Source: Eledone cirrhosa
Lineage: Eukaryota
Length of the DNA stretch: 64,000 nt
Direction: 5' to 3'
Assembly: GCA_964016885.1 (NCBI GenBank)
Contig: OZ024743.1
Location: forward strand, 75,516,001-75,580,000
Position 1 is the first letter of the stretch; the number at the start of each line of letters is the position of its first letter. The notes below the pieces were generated by a model. It saw only the letters and a list, made by a program, of their open reading frames with translations, did no database searches and had not been told where the DNA came from. The translations under genes and the position numbers were made by a program. This document shows, in pieces, positions 50,428 through 64,000 of this stretch.

Positions 50428-51790
50428 ATGAATATATATTTTAAATGGATTAGTTAGTAAAAAATGGATGTATATTTTAAATGGATTAGTTAGTAAAAAA
50501 TGGATGTATATTTTAAATGGATTAGTTAGTAAAAAAGAAATCATCATCATCATCATTTTACGTCCGCTTTTCCCTGCTTGCAAGGGTGGGACGGGTCTTA
50601 TTCAGCACAGCATCTCTCCACTCGTCACCTCCACCGTGAGTTTCAATGATCTGAGGTCTGTTCTCACCACCTCCGCCCATGTTTTTCGTGGTCTACCTCT
50701 ACCACGTCTTCCTTCAACTGGCAATTCCTGGCACTTCTTCACCCATCGGTCATCCTCCATGCGCATCACATGCCCATACCACCTCAGTCTCCTCTCCCGT
50801 ACACTACATTCTATCCCTCTCAGACACAGTTTCTCTCTCAACACATTTATGCTGGGTCGTTCACGCACATTTACACTGCACATCCAACAGAGCATGCTTG
50901 CCTCATTTCTCTCCAGCCGTCGCATATCCTCTGCAGTTGCTGCCCATGTCTCACTACCATGCAGCATCGCGCTCCTCACACAGGCATCATACAACCGGCC
51001 TTTCGTACGCAGGGAGAAACCCTTCTTCGTCAACAGAGGAAGCAGCTCCCTACCAACCCGTCCTTATTCTAGATACTATGGCCTCGGAACACCCTCCTCC
51101 CATGCTAATCTGATCTCCTAGGTACTGGAAGCTATCCACCACTTCTATAGCGCCCTCTTGCATTTGAAAAATGTGTCTATCAGTGCGACTTCTACTGTCT
51201 AATTTCCCTGTACATCTACTGCATACATATTTCTCCCTACCTGTTAGTTTGCCTGCTATCCCGCTACATTTCTTGTGTACCCAGGATCTGCATTGTGTGC
51301 ATTTTATAGAATTTATGCCAGTTCCTTTTCTGCATATCGAACATGGCCATTTCCCTGACGGAATCAGGGTTTTGTCCTCTTTTCTACTCATCAACACTTT
51401 TGTCTTAGTTAGATTCACTCTCAGTCCTCTTGCTTCCAACTGCTGTTTCCATAGCCAGAATTTATTCTCTAGCTCCTCTACTGATTCTGCTATAAGAACA
51501 GATCGTCAGCATAGAGAAGTTCCCATGGACAGCCAGTCTTAAACTCCTCTGTTATGGCTTGGAGTACTATAATGAAATGGATTAGTTAGTAAAAAATGGA
51601 TGTATATTTTAAATAGTACATTAGTTAGTAACAAAAAATGAATATTTATTTTAAAATAGTATATTAGTTAATAAAAAAATGAATGTTTATTTTAAATGGA
51701 TTAGTTAGTAACAAAAAAATGAATGTTTATTTTAAAATAATATACTAGTTAATAAAAAAAATGGATGTATATTTTAAATAGTACAATAGT
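50428..51790. repeat. ~36-bp tandem repeat (TATATTTTAAATGGATTAGTTAGTAAAAAATGGATG) interrupted by the RTE copy
   Basis: Units at 50428-50536 and 51575-51790. Confidence 0.85.
50537..51574 (-). mobile_element. 5'-truncated, frameshifted RTE LINE (RT domain 5 to 3' end) with PHD-type finger
   Basis: GCPWELLYADDL, GLRVNLTKTKVL, C4HC3 motif, FQYLGD, MLHGSETW, RRLRWYGHVMRM, GRGRPRKTW; (GAT)n tail; apparent 22-bp TSD AAATGGATTAGTTAGTAAAAAA. Confidence 0.92.
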
Positions 51791-54394
51791 AAATCCCATA
51801 CAGCCAGATCTGCCCTTCTTTACCCCTTCTACCTTTTTACTTAATTGTGTTTTATCTTTCATATTTCCATAAATAAAAAAGATAATTCTGTGACATCATC
51901 AGTGATTATCCCTGTTTCCTCCCATTGTGTTATGTTCTGTCTTTATCTTTCTTTTTTATACTTCCATCATTATATAACTTCTTGTTTTATTTCTAATATT
52001 ATTGATAGACTAAGAAAAACATTCAACTATTTCTTACATATCTCTATTTTATTTCTCTGGTTAATGAATAATGTCTTAAGGGTCAATTGCTTATCATGAA
52101 AGGCTGAGGTTAACTTTGCCTTTCATCCTTACGGGGTCGATAAAATAAAGTACCAGTAATACATTGGGATAATTGCTGGCCTTGTACCCAAAGTAGAAAC
52201 AATTAATGTAGTATAAAGAAATATTTTAAAGGTCCCCTTCGGTCACCAATGACCATGGTTTTGCACCTAGAAAGTTCCCTTCCGAGGAACAAGCCTAGGC
52301 AAGGTTTGTTTGTGGAAGACCAGTAGTCACCCATATATACCAATCTCCCCCCTCTCCACACCACCGATGTTGTCTAAAAGTAAGCAAATGCTTGATACAG
52401 CTTGGCACCAGTGACATCACAAATAATTTTTACAGCTGAGTGAACTGGAGCAACGTGAAATAAATTGTCTTGCTCAAGGACACAACACATCACCCGGTCA
52501 AAAAATCAAACTCTCAACCTCTCAATTGCATGCCCAATGCTCTAACCACTAAGCCATGCTCTTTCACTATGAATAAATGTAAAGAAAGAATTATCTCCAA
52601 TATATACATATATGATTACAATATAAAAAGCAAGAAATTAGTTAATAATTTTTGTAAATATTCTTGCAATTATCTAGCTGTAGGAGTAGTAGTGTTTGTA
52701 ATGTTTGCAGGCCTAGTAGACTGATGTCATTGATATTATTCAGCTTGAATATCTGTAGGTTGGTGTAGGTGGTCATAGAATTCCAGTCACAAAAGAAAGG
52801 ATTGAACAAAGTAAGGTATTCAACATGAGATTTTGGTGGTGAGAAGAAGGAAAGACAGTTATATCAGCCAGCTTTTGATGAGGTATTTTGTTGTGACCCC
52901 TTAACGACCACTTTATAGTGTGGGCAGGGGGCTTTTTGTCATGACACCTACACAACCACTTTACAGTGTAGGCTGGATGTTCAAAGGTAAATAAATATAC
53001 TATGGTTTCATAGTGGCTATTGATTTAAATAGGATACAATATTAAACCTTTCAGGCTACTTCATAACTCTCTTTAAAAAATCTTAGTTCAGCCTCCTATA
53101 AAAATGGATATAGAACTGTCAGCAATTATTTGTAATGAGAGGCAAAGAATGAAATATAGACTACTAGGATGTTTTTCAACACGACACGTATGTGTATGTC
53201 TGTGTGTATGTGCATAGGAATACATTTATATGTATGAGTATATAAATATAAACACACAGATACTTACAAAAATACACACTCACAGACATACATGCACACA
53301 AACACACACACATTTACACAAACACTCATATATTCACACACAGCGTAGCAAATGGAACGCCAGCCACTATAGTTTTTCCCCCATCTCCTTCCTTCCTTTT
53401 ACACATACATACATTCACACACAAACACACACATACATACACACACACACACATACAAACACACACACACATTGTGTGATGGATGGATGGATGGAAGTTA
53501 CACAAATTTATATATAGATGAAAAAAAAAGAAAATCTAGTTGGGTTGCTTCAAGCTATAAACATCAGTGAAGAAGTCTGATGACATTGAAGATGTTAGTG
53601 ATAATTGTGCACTCTCAAAGGGCATCACCAGCCCACAGTGTCTGTTTTAAAAGAACATCAGCTATAGAAAAACATAAGTTTGGTAGTCAGTGCACTTCAT
53701 GTTGTATCAAATTCAATGATACTCTATGTTACATAAACATTAGACAGAGATAACATTTCCTTTGTACTTTATAAATGACTGCAGTAGTAGAACAAGATAG
53801 GAATTAAACCTGAATAGTACTACAGTTGCTAAATTATTAAAACCATTACTTAAAATAATACTTGGCACTTTAGCAAGGACTATTTACTCTCAAGTCCCAA
53901 ATAAATGGGAGCGGTTGGAATAAGTGGGGGGGGGGGGGGGGGGGAATCGGTAATTTTCTAGGTTGCCTCCCTTGACTAAAAAACAAAACAAAACACAGAA
54001 TTAGTCGTTTAGTTTACATATTGAGACCTCAACCCATACTATTTATTTTATAACGTGCGGGTTTCTAGTAATGTACTTTTTTTGTCATGTATAATGTTTT
54101 TTTAATGTACAAAGAAAATTAATTGTCACAGGGATGCTACCACTTAAAATAAAATGTCGCTAGAGATAGAGTAGCAAAATTTAATAAGCGGTGCTGGGGT
54201 GGGGTGGGTTCTAAAAAATTAATAGGCAGGGGAGGGGGAATTATCGAAACCCAAGAGTAATTCTGTATATTTCAATCATTTTAGGTAGTGGGGATGGTAT
54301 AGTTCATTCAGTATAAATAGAGGAAACAGGTATGTTTCAAGCACTATAAATTATGGAAACTAGTATATTTTATTAAGTCGAAAGACCGGTCATT

Positions 54395-54720
54395 TCATCA
54401 TCATCATTTCATTTTACGTCCGCTTTTTCCCTGCTTGCAAGGGTGGGACGGGAACTGGTTCTGGCTTGATTTCTACAGCTGGATGCCCTTCCTAACACCA
54501 ACCTCATTTACAGTGAGTGCTGGGTGCTTTATTGCCGTGGCACCTACACGACCACTTTGCAGTGTGGGCTGGGTGCTTTTTTGGCATGGCACCTCCACGA
54601 CCACTTTGCAGTGGAATGATATGGACCCCAGTCCCTATCATCTCATTTCTACAGCTGAGTAAACTGGAGCAATGTGAAATAAAGTGTCTTGCTCAAGGAA
54701 ACAACACATCACCCAGTCTG
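54395..54720 (-). mobile_element. 5'-truncated SINE, same family as 38297-38912
   Basis: Nearly colinear with 38297-38570 plus one extra internal repeat unit. Confidence 0.88.
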
Positions 54721-56444
54721 TTACCGGTAACAGTTAAAATTTAAATACTTTAAATGAGAGAAGGAGAAAAAAATAATTAGTGCTGATATTTGAAATATAG
54801 AAAAGGTGTATGAAATACAAATAGATTTTGAATATGAGCACATGACTTGACCTTTTGTTAGCAACCCACATGAAATTGCTCTTGGTCTGAATATCTTAAA
54901 ATATTTAAGGGCGGTGGATTGGTAGTATCGGTAGAGTATCGGACAACATGTTTCACAGCATAGAGTTACAACCCTTTATTTTCTGAGTTCAAATCTTGTT
55001 GAGGTTAGCTTTGCCTTTCATCCTTCCGGGTTCGATAAAATAAAGTACCAGTCCTGCACTGAGATTGATTTAATCAACATTCCCCTACCCCAACATTGCT
55101 GGCCTTGTGCCTAAATCAGAAACCAATATCTTAAAATGTTATATTTATCTAACAACCTTCCATTGTAATTTCATGTAAAAACCTTTAAGTTATGTTCCAA
55201 ATATCAAATTAATGATGGGAAGGATAGTTATATTACTAAACCCCTAAAAATTCTTAATTATTTTCAAAATAATTTGAAAATTACAGACTGTGTCTATCAT
55301 TAGAAATATAACAAGTTAAGAAAATAATCTTGAATATTTAATAGTAAATATGACAGATTTGTAAAATCACTTAACATACTGTAAAGTGGTCATGCTAGTG
55401 ACATGGCAAAAAAAAGCACCCAGTCTACACTGTAAAGTGGTTGTGTAGGTGACATGGCAAAAAGTGCCTAGTCCACACTGTAAAGTGGTCGTGTAGGTGA
55501 CAAAACAAAAAGTGTCTAGTCCTCACTGTAAAGTGGTCATGGCAAAAAGCAACCTGTCCACACTGTAAAGTCATCGTGTAGGTGACATGACAAAAAGCAA
55601 CCTGTCCACATTGTAAAGTGGTTGTGTCGGTGACAAAACAAAAAGTCCCCAGTCCACACTATAAAATGGTCGTGTAGGTGTAATGACAAAAAGTGCCCAG
55701 TCCACACTATAATGTGGTCGTGTAGGTGTGAAAACAAAAAGCACCCAGTCAACACTGTAAAGTGGTTGATTAGGTGTTACGGCAAAAAGCATCCAGTCCA
55801 CAGCGTAAAGTGGTTGTGTTGGTGACATGACAAAAAGCACCTAGCCCACACTGTAAAGTGGTCGTGTAGGTGTTACGGCAAAAAGCACCCAGTCCACACT
55901 GTAAAGTGGTTGTGTAAGTGTTACGGCAAAAAGCACCCAGTCCACACTGTAGAGTGGTAGTGTAGGTGTCACAACAAAAAGCACCTGGTCCACACTGTAA
56001 AGTGGTTGGTGTTAGGAAGGATATCCAGCTGTAGAAACCAAGCCAGAACCAGTTCTTTATGAGCAAGACATGGTCATCTTATCTGACTTGTCACACAACA
56101 GGACAACTTGTCTAACCCATGCTAGCATGGAAAAATGGACATTAAATAGTGATGATGATGATGGTACTTGATTAGATTCCAAATGATTAATAATGAACCA
56201 AAATATCCAACTGACAGATGTGTAACAGAGAAAGTACAAGAAAAGAGTGTCTGTTAGAGAGATGAAACCTGAGAATAAATCACAATCTTAGTATCTGGAG
56301 GTAGAACTATTTTAAGAAATGGTGCCACTTGTTCATATATTGACTTTCAAGTTTCTATTGTTTCTTGTTTGTTAGACACAAGAGAAAGAATTTTAGAATG
56401 TATCAACACAGCTATTTCACTAAAAACTAGGTCATTATTAACAA

Positions 56445-57060
56445 GGGCGGTGGATTGGCAGTATCGGTAGAGGGTCGGATGTCATTCTTTGACACAGAGT
56501 TACGGCCCTTTCCATTCTGAGTTCAAATCCCGCCGAGGTCAACTTTGCCTTTCATCCTTACGGGGTCGATAAAATAAAGTACCAGTAATGCACTGGGTAA
56601 TTGCTGGCCTTGTGCCAAAAGTAGAAACAATTATTAACAAGGGCAGTAGATTAGCAGTATCGGTAGAGGATCAGACATGCTTTGTGGCATAGTTAAGGCC
56701 CTTTATGTTCTGAGTTCAAATCCCGCCGTGGTTAGCTTTGTTTTTCATCCTTATGGGATCGACAAAATAAACCACCAGTAATGCACTGAGTCGATTTAAT
56801 CGATTCCTCACCCACCCAAAAACTATTGTTGACCTTGTGTATAAATCAGAAGCTATTATTGTTTAGGGGCGGTGGATTGCCAGTGCTGGTAGAGCATTGG
56901 ACAACATGCTTTGTGGCACAGAGTTATGGCTCTTTATGTTCTGAGTTCAAATCCTGCCACGGTTAGCTTTGCTTTGCATCCTTACAGTAATGCACTGGGA
57001 TCGAGTTAATTGAATTTCTGCTCCCTCAAATTGTTGGCCTTGTGTCTATACTAAAAATCA
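56445..57060 (+). mobile_element. Three head-to-tail tRNA-derived SINE copies
   Basis: Copies at about 56445-56630, 56641-56855, 56866-57060; ATTATTAACAA flanks the first copy on both sides. Confidence 0.88.
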
Positions 57061-57224
57061 TTATTTACATCTACACTAATGATGATGACACTGTGTATAA
57101 TTGGTTTGATTTGCATTTGTCACTAGGTGTCTCATTTTTTAAAGTATACACAGTACCAGATGAGATTTGAGCTAGAGACCCTTTATTTATAAACTATGTG
57201 AGGCATATGAAAAAAGATAGATCA

Positions 57225-58530
57225 TTATCATCATCCTTTTTATATCTGATTTTTTATATTTGTATGGACTGGAGGGGTCTTTTCCAGCACAGCTTCCCTC
57301 TACTTGTTGCATTCCTTCGTCATCTCTCTAGAGTTCAGTGTTTTGAGCTCTGCCCAAGTCTTCCTCAACTGCAGTTCCCTTCCATTGAGAACTCCTTGCA
57401 CTCCTTTATCTTATGATCATCATTGATACATGTCATGAGACCATATCTTGTACATTACATTTGATTCCTCATACATCTAGTTTCTCTCTCAGCTCATCCA
57501 TGTATAAAGAGGTACCAAGTGTTTAAATTGGATGGAAGCTGTGGAAGAAGGCGACCTAGGAATACATGGGACAACAAGTAAAAATTTTTCCACCCTAGCA
57601 TGGGTTAGACGAGTTGTCCCATTGAGAGACAAGCTAGGTCAGATAACCATGTTTTGTTCATACAGAACTGTTTCTGGCTTCGTTTCTATAGCTGAATGCC
57701 CTTCCTAACACCAACCACATTTACAGTGTGGGATGGGTGCTTTTTGTTGTGACACCTACATGACCATTTTAGAGTGCGGACAGGGAGCTTTTTAACACAT
57801 ACATGATCATTTTAGAGTGCGGACAGGGAGCTTTTTAACACATACACGACCACTTTACAGTGTGGACTAGGTAATTTTTGTCATGACACCTAGAAGTAAC
57901 AAGACACAAAGCAAATTCCTCCAAAAGCTGAGAAGACACACAGGAGCTAGTAAGCAGTGACCTTATCAGTAGTGGAGCTGGATGTATTGAAAGCTAGGAG
58001 AAAGGATAAGAACTAAGTGGGAAATGTTCAGGAAGCTGTTATCTCTGCTGGCAACTAAAGGTTTTTCTCTCAGAGTGAAGGGCAAACTGCATAATGCTTA
58101 TGTTTGAATTCTGATGCTACATGGTAGTGTGACTTGTGTGTTGGATGCAGAAGATCTGCAGCAGCTGGAAAGAAAATAAGGAGAGGATCATCATCGTCAC
58201 TGTTTAACTTACATTTTCCACACTAGCAAGGTTCGCCTTGCTAAATGTGTAACAGTAGTGTACAGGAACGATGAAGTATTAATGAGCTAATAGAAAAACT
58301 AGGCATAATAGGGGACAGATGCAGAGTACAGAGTATAACAGAAAAGATTGTACTGGTATCGATATGATGTATATGGAAGATGACAGATGCATAAAGAAGC
58401 ACAGGACATTTAAAGTGAATGGAACTTGTAGAAAAGGAAGATCTAGGAAGACATGGATTGACAGGGTAAAACCTGACCTTCACAACAGAGATAATGAAGG
58501 ACTGTGATGATTGATGGTATCCATCAACTA
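57225..58530. mobile_element. Old degenerate RTE fragments with nested SINE tail
   Basis: Remnants of KFRKLLSLLATKGFSLRVKG..MLHGS and RKGRSRKTW on plus; minus-strand tail fragment at 57590-57890. Confidence 0.65.
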
Positions 58531-58908
58531 ATAAACACAAGTTGCCCTATATGTACCTATTATGTTCTCTTCTCCTAACCCATTATACTCACCTTCTTAC
58601 CCTTTCATCTCTTGTCCACTTCACACACCCTCTAGCCTTTTCATCTAACCTATAGACCCCCTCTAATATTTTCATCTAATCTATCGACCCTCACAGCTAT
58701 CCTATCCACTACACACACCCTCTAACCCTTTCATCTACCCTATAGACATCCTCTCATCTACACACGCCCTCCAACATTTTTATCTATCCTATATGCACCT
58801 CTTACCCTTTCATCTACCCTTAGACACTCTCATAACCTACCTTTCATCTGTTTCCTCTGTTAACCTTTTCTACAATGCTATCATGTAGCAAGATGTAGCT
58901 ATACTTAA

Positions 58909-59129
58909 CCCTTTAGCATTTACGTCACTCTATATTTACTATCGTATTTTCACGGTAAACACTTTATCTTGCATAATCATCTCACATAATATTGAATCTA
59001 CAAGATTCTGATATTATTTATTTTGAAAACAATACCTTAACATAAGTTTGAGCAGCCGGTTATGACTGATTTGGAGAGAAAGAGGTGAGAGAATTCTGGC
59101 CGGATATGGCCGGTTTAAATGCTAAAGGG
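58909..59129 (-). mobile_element. TTAA-flanked MITE (piggyBac-like), intact
   Basis: TTAA|CCCTTTAGCATTTA...TAAATGCTAAAGGG|TTAA, perfect 14-bp TIR. Confidence 0.92.
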
Positions 59130-61189
59130 TTAATTCCTATTCCTTCACTATTATCATTATCACTGAACCTCTATTGCCATCACACAACTATCTCTCTGAT
59201 GATCATCATCCTTTAATGTCAGTCTTCCCTGTTAGCAAGGGTTGGTTGGCTCTTCACAGATAAAATCAGTACTAAAGCAGAGCAATCATCCTTCACAGCT
59301 AACCATATTTGGCACTTTCAAATCATCATGACACTTTCTACCACTGGCTATCATTACTCTCTCACTCTCATCTTGTAAAACTCCCCTTCCTCCCACCCTC
59401 AAATGGGCCCTGCCACTTTGCTCTTGCCCAGCCCTTACTCTCTCTTCAGTGCTCATCCTGCTGTTATCTTGCCCACCCACTCACCTCTATAAACAATCAA
59501 CATGTAGCCCAATTGCATTCATGACCATACATCTATATCCATGTTATTGAGTGTGCAGCCTTGGAACAAGGCAAACTCTATAGTTTTGGTTCTACTATAA
59601 ACAGCATCCACTACAGCCTGTAAAGTAGTTTGTGCTTGAATGGTGACAACATAGGACAGAGTGGACTTCAGTCATGTCAAGGACTTGACAACATCTCTAG
59701 TGTTGATGCCATGATGGAATGCACCCAGTACAATCAGTAAAGTGGTTGGCATTAGGAAGGGCATCAAGACATAGAATGCAAGCTAAAAATAGTAGAAAGG
59801 ATTCTTCAGTCATGTGACAAACAAGACAACTTCTCTAGCTAGTGCTGGTGCTATGATGAAACACACCTGATACTCTCTGTACAATGGTCAGCAATAAGAA
59901 AGGCATTCAGTATAGAAAACATGCCCAAATTAGTTCTGTATTAGCAAGACATGGTCATCTGATCTGACTTGTCTCATAACGGGACAACTAGCATGGAAAA
60001 CGGGATGCTAGCATGGAAAAATAGTCGTTAAAAGGTAATGTGATGATGATAACATACAGCAAACAAGTTTAAGGGAGCAGCATAATTTGTTGTAAAAGGA
60101 TGCACAAGAAATACACAGCTTAAAACAAGCGTGTGGTTTTAAAGTAGTGACATGTGAAAGCTTGCAAATTAAGCAGGTGACTTTTTTTATGGATATTATT
60201 TAGAATGGTGTTTCTTAAAGTGGATTCTGAGGTACTCCAGGATTCCACAAAAAAATTCTGGGGTTCAGTGTGATAAAGGGTTTTCTTCTTTGCCCACTTT
60301 TTCCTGAGAGGGTCATGGGGAAAGAGTCCTCAAACACTCCTCCAACAGGTCCTGTCAGAAGCAATCGTTTCCAACTGATCCTGCTGGATCCCCATGTGAG
60401 ACCAGCCAAGCTCATGGATGTTATCCAACCATCTTGCTCAGGGTCTACCCCTGGGTATCCTGTCAGCTGATTTCACCTGATGGATGCACAAAGATTGCAT
60501 ATTCCGAGACCCAAAAGCGGGCTCAGAAGGGAGCAAACCTTGACAATAAAGTGTCTTTTATAAAGTTAAATAAATATTTTCTTTACTCTATAAAGCAGTA
60601 GTGCTGGTACTATGACAAAAAGCACTGTCCAACCTTTATGGCAATAATGCTAGTACCACAAAAAATGCCCCCTGTAAAATGGTTGTCAATAAAAAAAGAC
60701 ATCCAGATGTAGAAGTCAAGCCCAAAATGGAACATATGAGCAGGATGTGATCTCCTGACCTGTCTAGCCTCAGAATGTGACAGCCTGTCTAATCTATGTA
60801 ATCATAGAAAATAGATGTTAAACAGTGATAGTGATCATCAGGAGGTTCTTCTCTGCCTAAAATAATGTCTTCTTAAAATTAGGGTGATGAAGATGATCCA
60901 TAGGTATAAGTTCTGCAAGATTTGGTAAAATGTATAAGAGTTCCATGAAAAAATAGTTTGGATACCAGTGACTAAGCATAAAGTGGATTTTTGCATGGTC
61001 AAACTGTGCTTATCTCCCTTCTATGGGGTTCTTCTGTGAAACCTAATACAACTGGTCTAGATCATACATATATGTGATAAGTGGGAGTTATTTAGTGGAG
61101 AGTGTGTTGTTTTGACTTTGGTTTGTTGAATGTGTCTAAGTTGTTAAACCCTACCAAAGGATCTTTTTCAAGTTTGTCCATGGAAAATA

Positions 61190-61503
61190 TGAGGGAGAAG
61201 CTGGGTTTAAGAGAAATCTGAGGTGGTGTGTTGGAGGGAAGACTGCGTTGGTATGGACATGTGATGTGCATGGATGATGAGTGATGGGTGAAGAAGCGTC
61301 AGGAAATGCCAGTGGATGGAAGCTGCAGTAGAGGCAGACCGAGAAAGACCTGGACAGAGGTGGTAAAAGCAGACCTCAAATTGCTGAGACTCAGAGGAGA
61401 TGACAAAGAAACATGAGTGGAGAGTTGCTGTGTTGAGAAGGACCCATCCAACTCATGTAAGCATGGAAAAATAGACATAAAAATGATGATGATGATGATG
61501 ATG
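61190..61503 (+). mobile_element. RTE 3' fragment
   Basis: RLRWYGHVMCMDD..RGRPRKTWTEVVKADL coding remnant and (GAT)n tail. Confidence 0.82.
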
Positions 61504-61969
61504 GCGAAGTAGTGAGAAGTGTTGAGATTGTATATAAATGAGAGTTGTGTGCAGAAAGTAAGAAAGAAGTATAGGATGTTGTAATCTGTGCAGAATTGTG
61601 AGGAGTTAGTTATGAAAATGAATAGATCATTATTGAAAAGAAAGAAAAGAATCACAAGAGCTAACTGATATGGAAAATGTTTTATCAATTGGAAGATTGG
61701 ATTAACTAAAAATGAAAGTGTAGATGTGGCTTCAACATGGTTGGTTGTAGTGTGAGTAATGGGTGATATTGGCAGAGTTGTAAGAGTGTAGGACAAAATA
61801 CCTTGTGCTATTTATTCTGATTCTTTGTGCTTCAAATCCCATTGAGGTCAATAAAATAAAGTAGCAGTCAAGGGCAGTGAACTGGTAGAGTTGGTAGAGC
61901 AACAGACAAGATACCTTGAAGTATTTGTTTCAGTATTGCCTTTATCATGCCTTGTGATAGTATACTTAA

Positions 61970-62159
61970 CCCTTTAGAATTTAAACCAGCAATATCCAGC
62001 CAAAATTCTCTTACCTCTTTCTGTTTAAACTGGCCACTCGTACTTATGTTAAGGTATTGTTCTCAAATAATATCAAAATCTCATAGATTCGATATTATGT
62101 GAGATAAAGCCTTTACCATGAAAATATAATAGTAAATATAGAGTAATGCAAATGTTGGG
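61970..62159 (+). mobile_element. TTAA-flanked MITE, same variant as the Tx1 host
   Basis: TTAA|CCCTTTAGAATTTAAACC...AATGTTGGG|TTAAACCAAGA, the same right end as 13606-13626; single internal unit. Confidence 0.85.
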
Positions 62160-63349
62160 TTAAACCAAGAAACACCACAACATGGCAACTAACTGTTTTC
62201 AGGAGAGTGCACTCTGTTGCAAATATTTGGACTAGGCTTCGGGTTTGGGAATATCATTCTCTCTCTTTCTCTCACAATTCTCAAGGCTCTAAAAAGGGCA
62301 ATGGACACCACTGTTCTTCTCACCCTGGCTAAACAAAAAAAGTATTTAATAAAAGGACCTGATTGCAGCAGGAGTTGTGAAAAGCAGAAGTAAAGTTCAG
62401 GTTTGAAAGTAAGGAAAAGATCAAGTGTATTTGTTACCTAGTAAAGCTAAGCTAAAATCTTCTCAGGAATGTATATATGGTCCAAGGGAGTTATAGGGGC
62501 ACCATAGGGTATTTTTTAAAACCTGGCGGAGCCCATCTCCTCTGAATACCAAAGATTTCTTCCAGAGATGGAGAGAGAGAGAGTGTGAGAAAGGAAGTGA
62601 GACAGAGATATAGAGGAAGACCCCCCCCCCCCCAGTACTTTACTGGTACTTTTTTTATCAACCTCAGGAATAATACATTCTAATATATAAGAGATGTGAT
62701 GTCTCAGAACTGTTCAACTGGGAAAATGTGATACACTTCAGTAGAACATGTCAGTTTTTAGTAGTGATGGCTTAGAAATGTTACTGTTTAACGTCCATTT
62801 TTCCACGCTAGCATGGGTTACATGAATTGTTCCATTGTGAGACAAGCCAAATTAGATGACCATGTCTTGTTTATACAGAACTGTTTCTGGCTTGGTTTCT
62901 ACAGCTGGATGTCCTTCCTAACCCCAACCACATTTACAGTGTGGGCTGGGTACTTTTTGTTGTGACACCAACACGACCACTTTACAGTGTAAGCTGGGTA
63001 CTTTTTGTTGTGATACCAACATGACCATTTTACAGTGTGGGCTGGGTACTTTTTCTTGACACCAACACGACCACTTTACAGTGTGGGCTGGGTACTTTTT
63101 GTTGTGATACCAACACGACCACTTTACTGCGTGTACTGGGTACTTTTTGTTGTGATACCAACACAACCACTTTAGAAGCATTTTTAGAATGGTGGTGGCA
63201 TAGGTTTACAAAATCTACAAGATTAGAATTCTATGTCAACTATTCAAATATTAAGATGAAGTTGTGGTTTCTGTAACTTTATGCTCTTTCTAATGTCAAC
63301 CACTTTACAGTGTATACTGGGAGCATTTTATTGTGGCATCAGCACTACA

Positions 63350-63362
63350 TGTATGTGTGCGC

Positions 63363-63450
<88 letters not shown>

Positions 63451-63911
63451 AAAATCCCATGGGAGTTTACATCTCTCTATACCCACTCTGCATCTCCCCA
63501 TGCATTGAGTGATCTATCCGGTCTCAACACTGCTATAAACATACATACATATTTGTGCCCCAAAACACACGTACATATACATGTGTGTGTTAAACGGCCG
63601 CTAACACTGGTTATACATACATATATCTGTATCCACACACACACACATATATGTATATATATATGTGCATATTCTCTCATGTTTAGTGACACAAATGCAT
63701 ACATTTTTTTCATATGCATTCACCTATAAGCACATATTTAAATATATGCACGTACATACATGCTGATATATATATATATATATATATATAGTACAAACAA
63801 TGTTTCATACACTCAATATGTATATGCGACCATTGGTTTCGGAGTCCAGTTATGGCCACCACGGTATATTGGAGGAGGTTCTTCCAAACTGACCCCTCAT
63901 CCGGCATGCGG

Positions 63912-63961
<50 letters not shown>

Positions 63962-64000
63962 GTGTGTGTGTGTATACCTTTGTGTGCTATACAAACCCAC
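63350..64000. repeat. Compound (TG)n/(TA)n/(GA)n microsatellite region
   Basis: Direct. Confidence 0.9.

Noticed and set aside
52759-52816. Plus-strand exon VGVGGHRIPVTKERIEQ with gtaagg donor
   Set aside because: Poor polypyrimidine tract, no partner exon or homology.
45384-64000. Upstream FBXO45 exons (..SWGWNLVDN..APKYQ)
   Set aside because: No matching minus-strand sequence found by eye; probably beyond the window.

Overview
Repeat-dense, AT-rich animal genomic DNA. The SINE/LINE repertoire and (ATC)n/(AT)n tails suggest an octopod cephalopod (inference). The clearest host gene is the 3' end of FBXO45/Fsn on the minus strand: two SPRY-domain coding exons at 45308-45383 and 42467-42576, with no upstream exon found in the window. 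Phase-compatible plus-strand exon candidates (7392-7483, 20190-20219, possibly 5401-5438) suggest a second, unidentified convergent gene. The largest element is a near full-length L1/Tx1-clade LINE (7920-13535, minus) with an intact ORF2 and an ORF1 broken by two compensating homopolymer frameshifts. It sits inside the internal tandem repeat of a TTAA-flanked MITE. Also present are two RTE families (one with a PHD finger after the RT core), CRE-, CR1- and R4/NeSL-like fragments, a solo LTR, a non-autonomous Helitron, Tc1/mariner- and piggyBac-type MITEs, many tRNA-derived SINEs, several minisatellites with higher-order structure, and fold-back palindromes. No prokaryotic-type system or CRISPR array is present, and I cannot claim a new system with confidence. 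The best leads are the Tx1-in-MITE target, the PHD-bearing RTE, a tandem array of tRNA A-box half-units and the fold-back hairpins.
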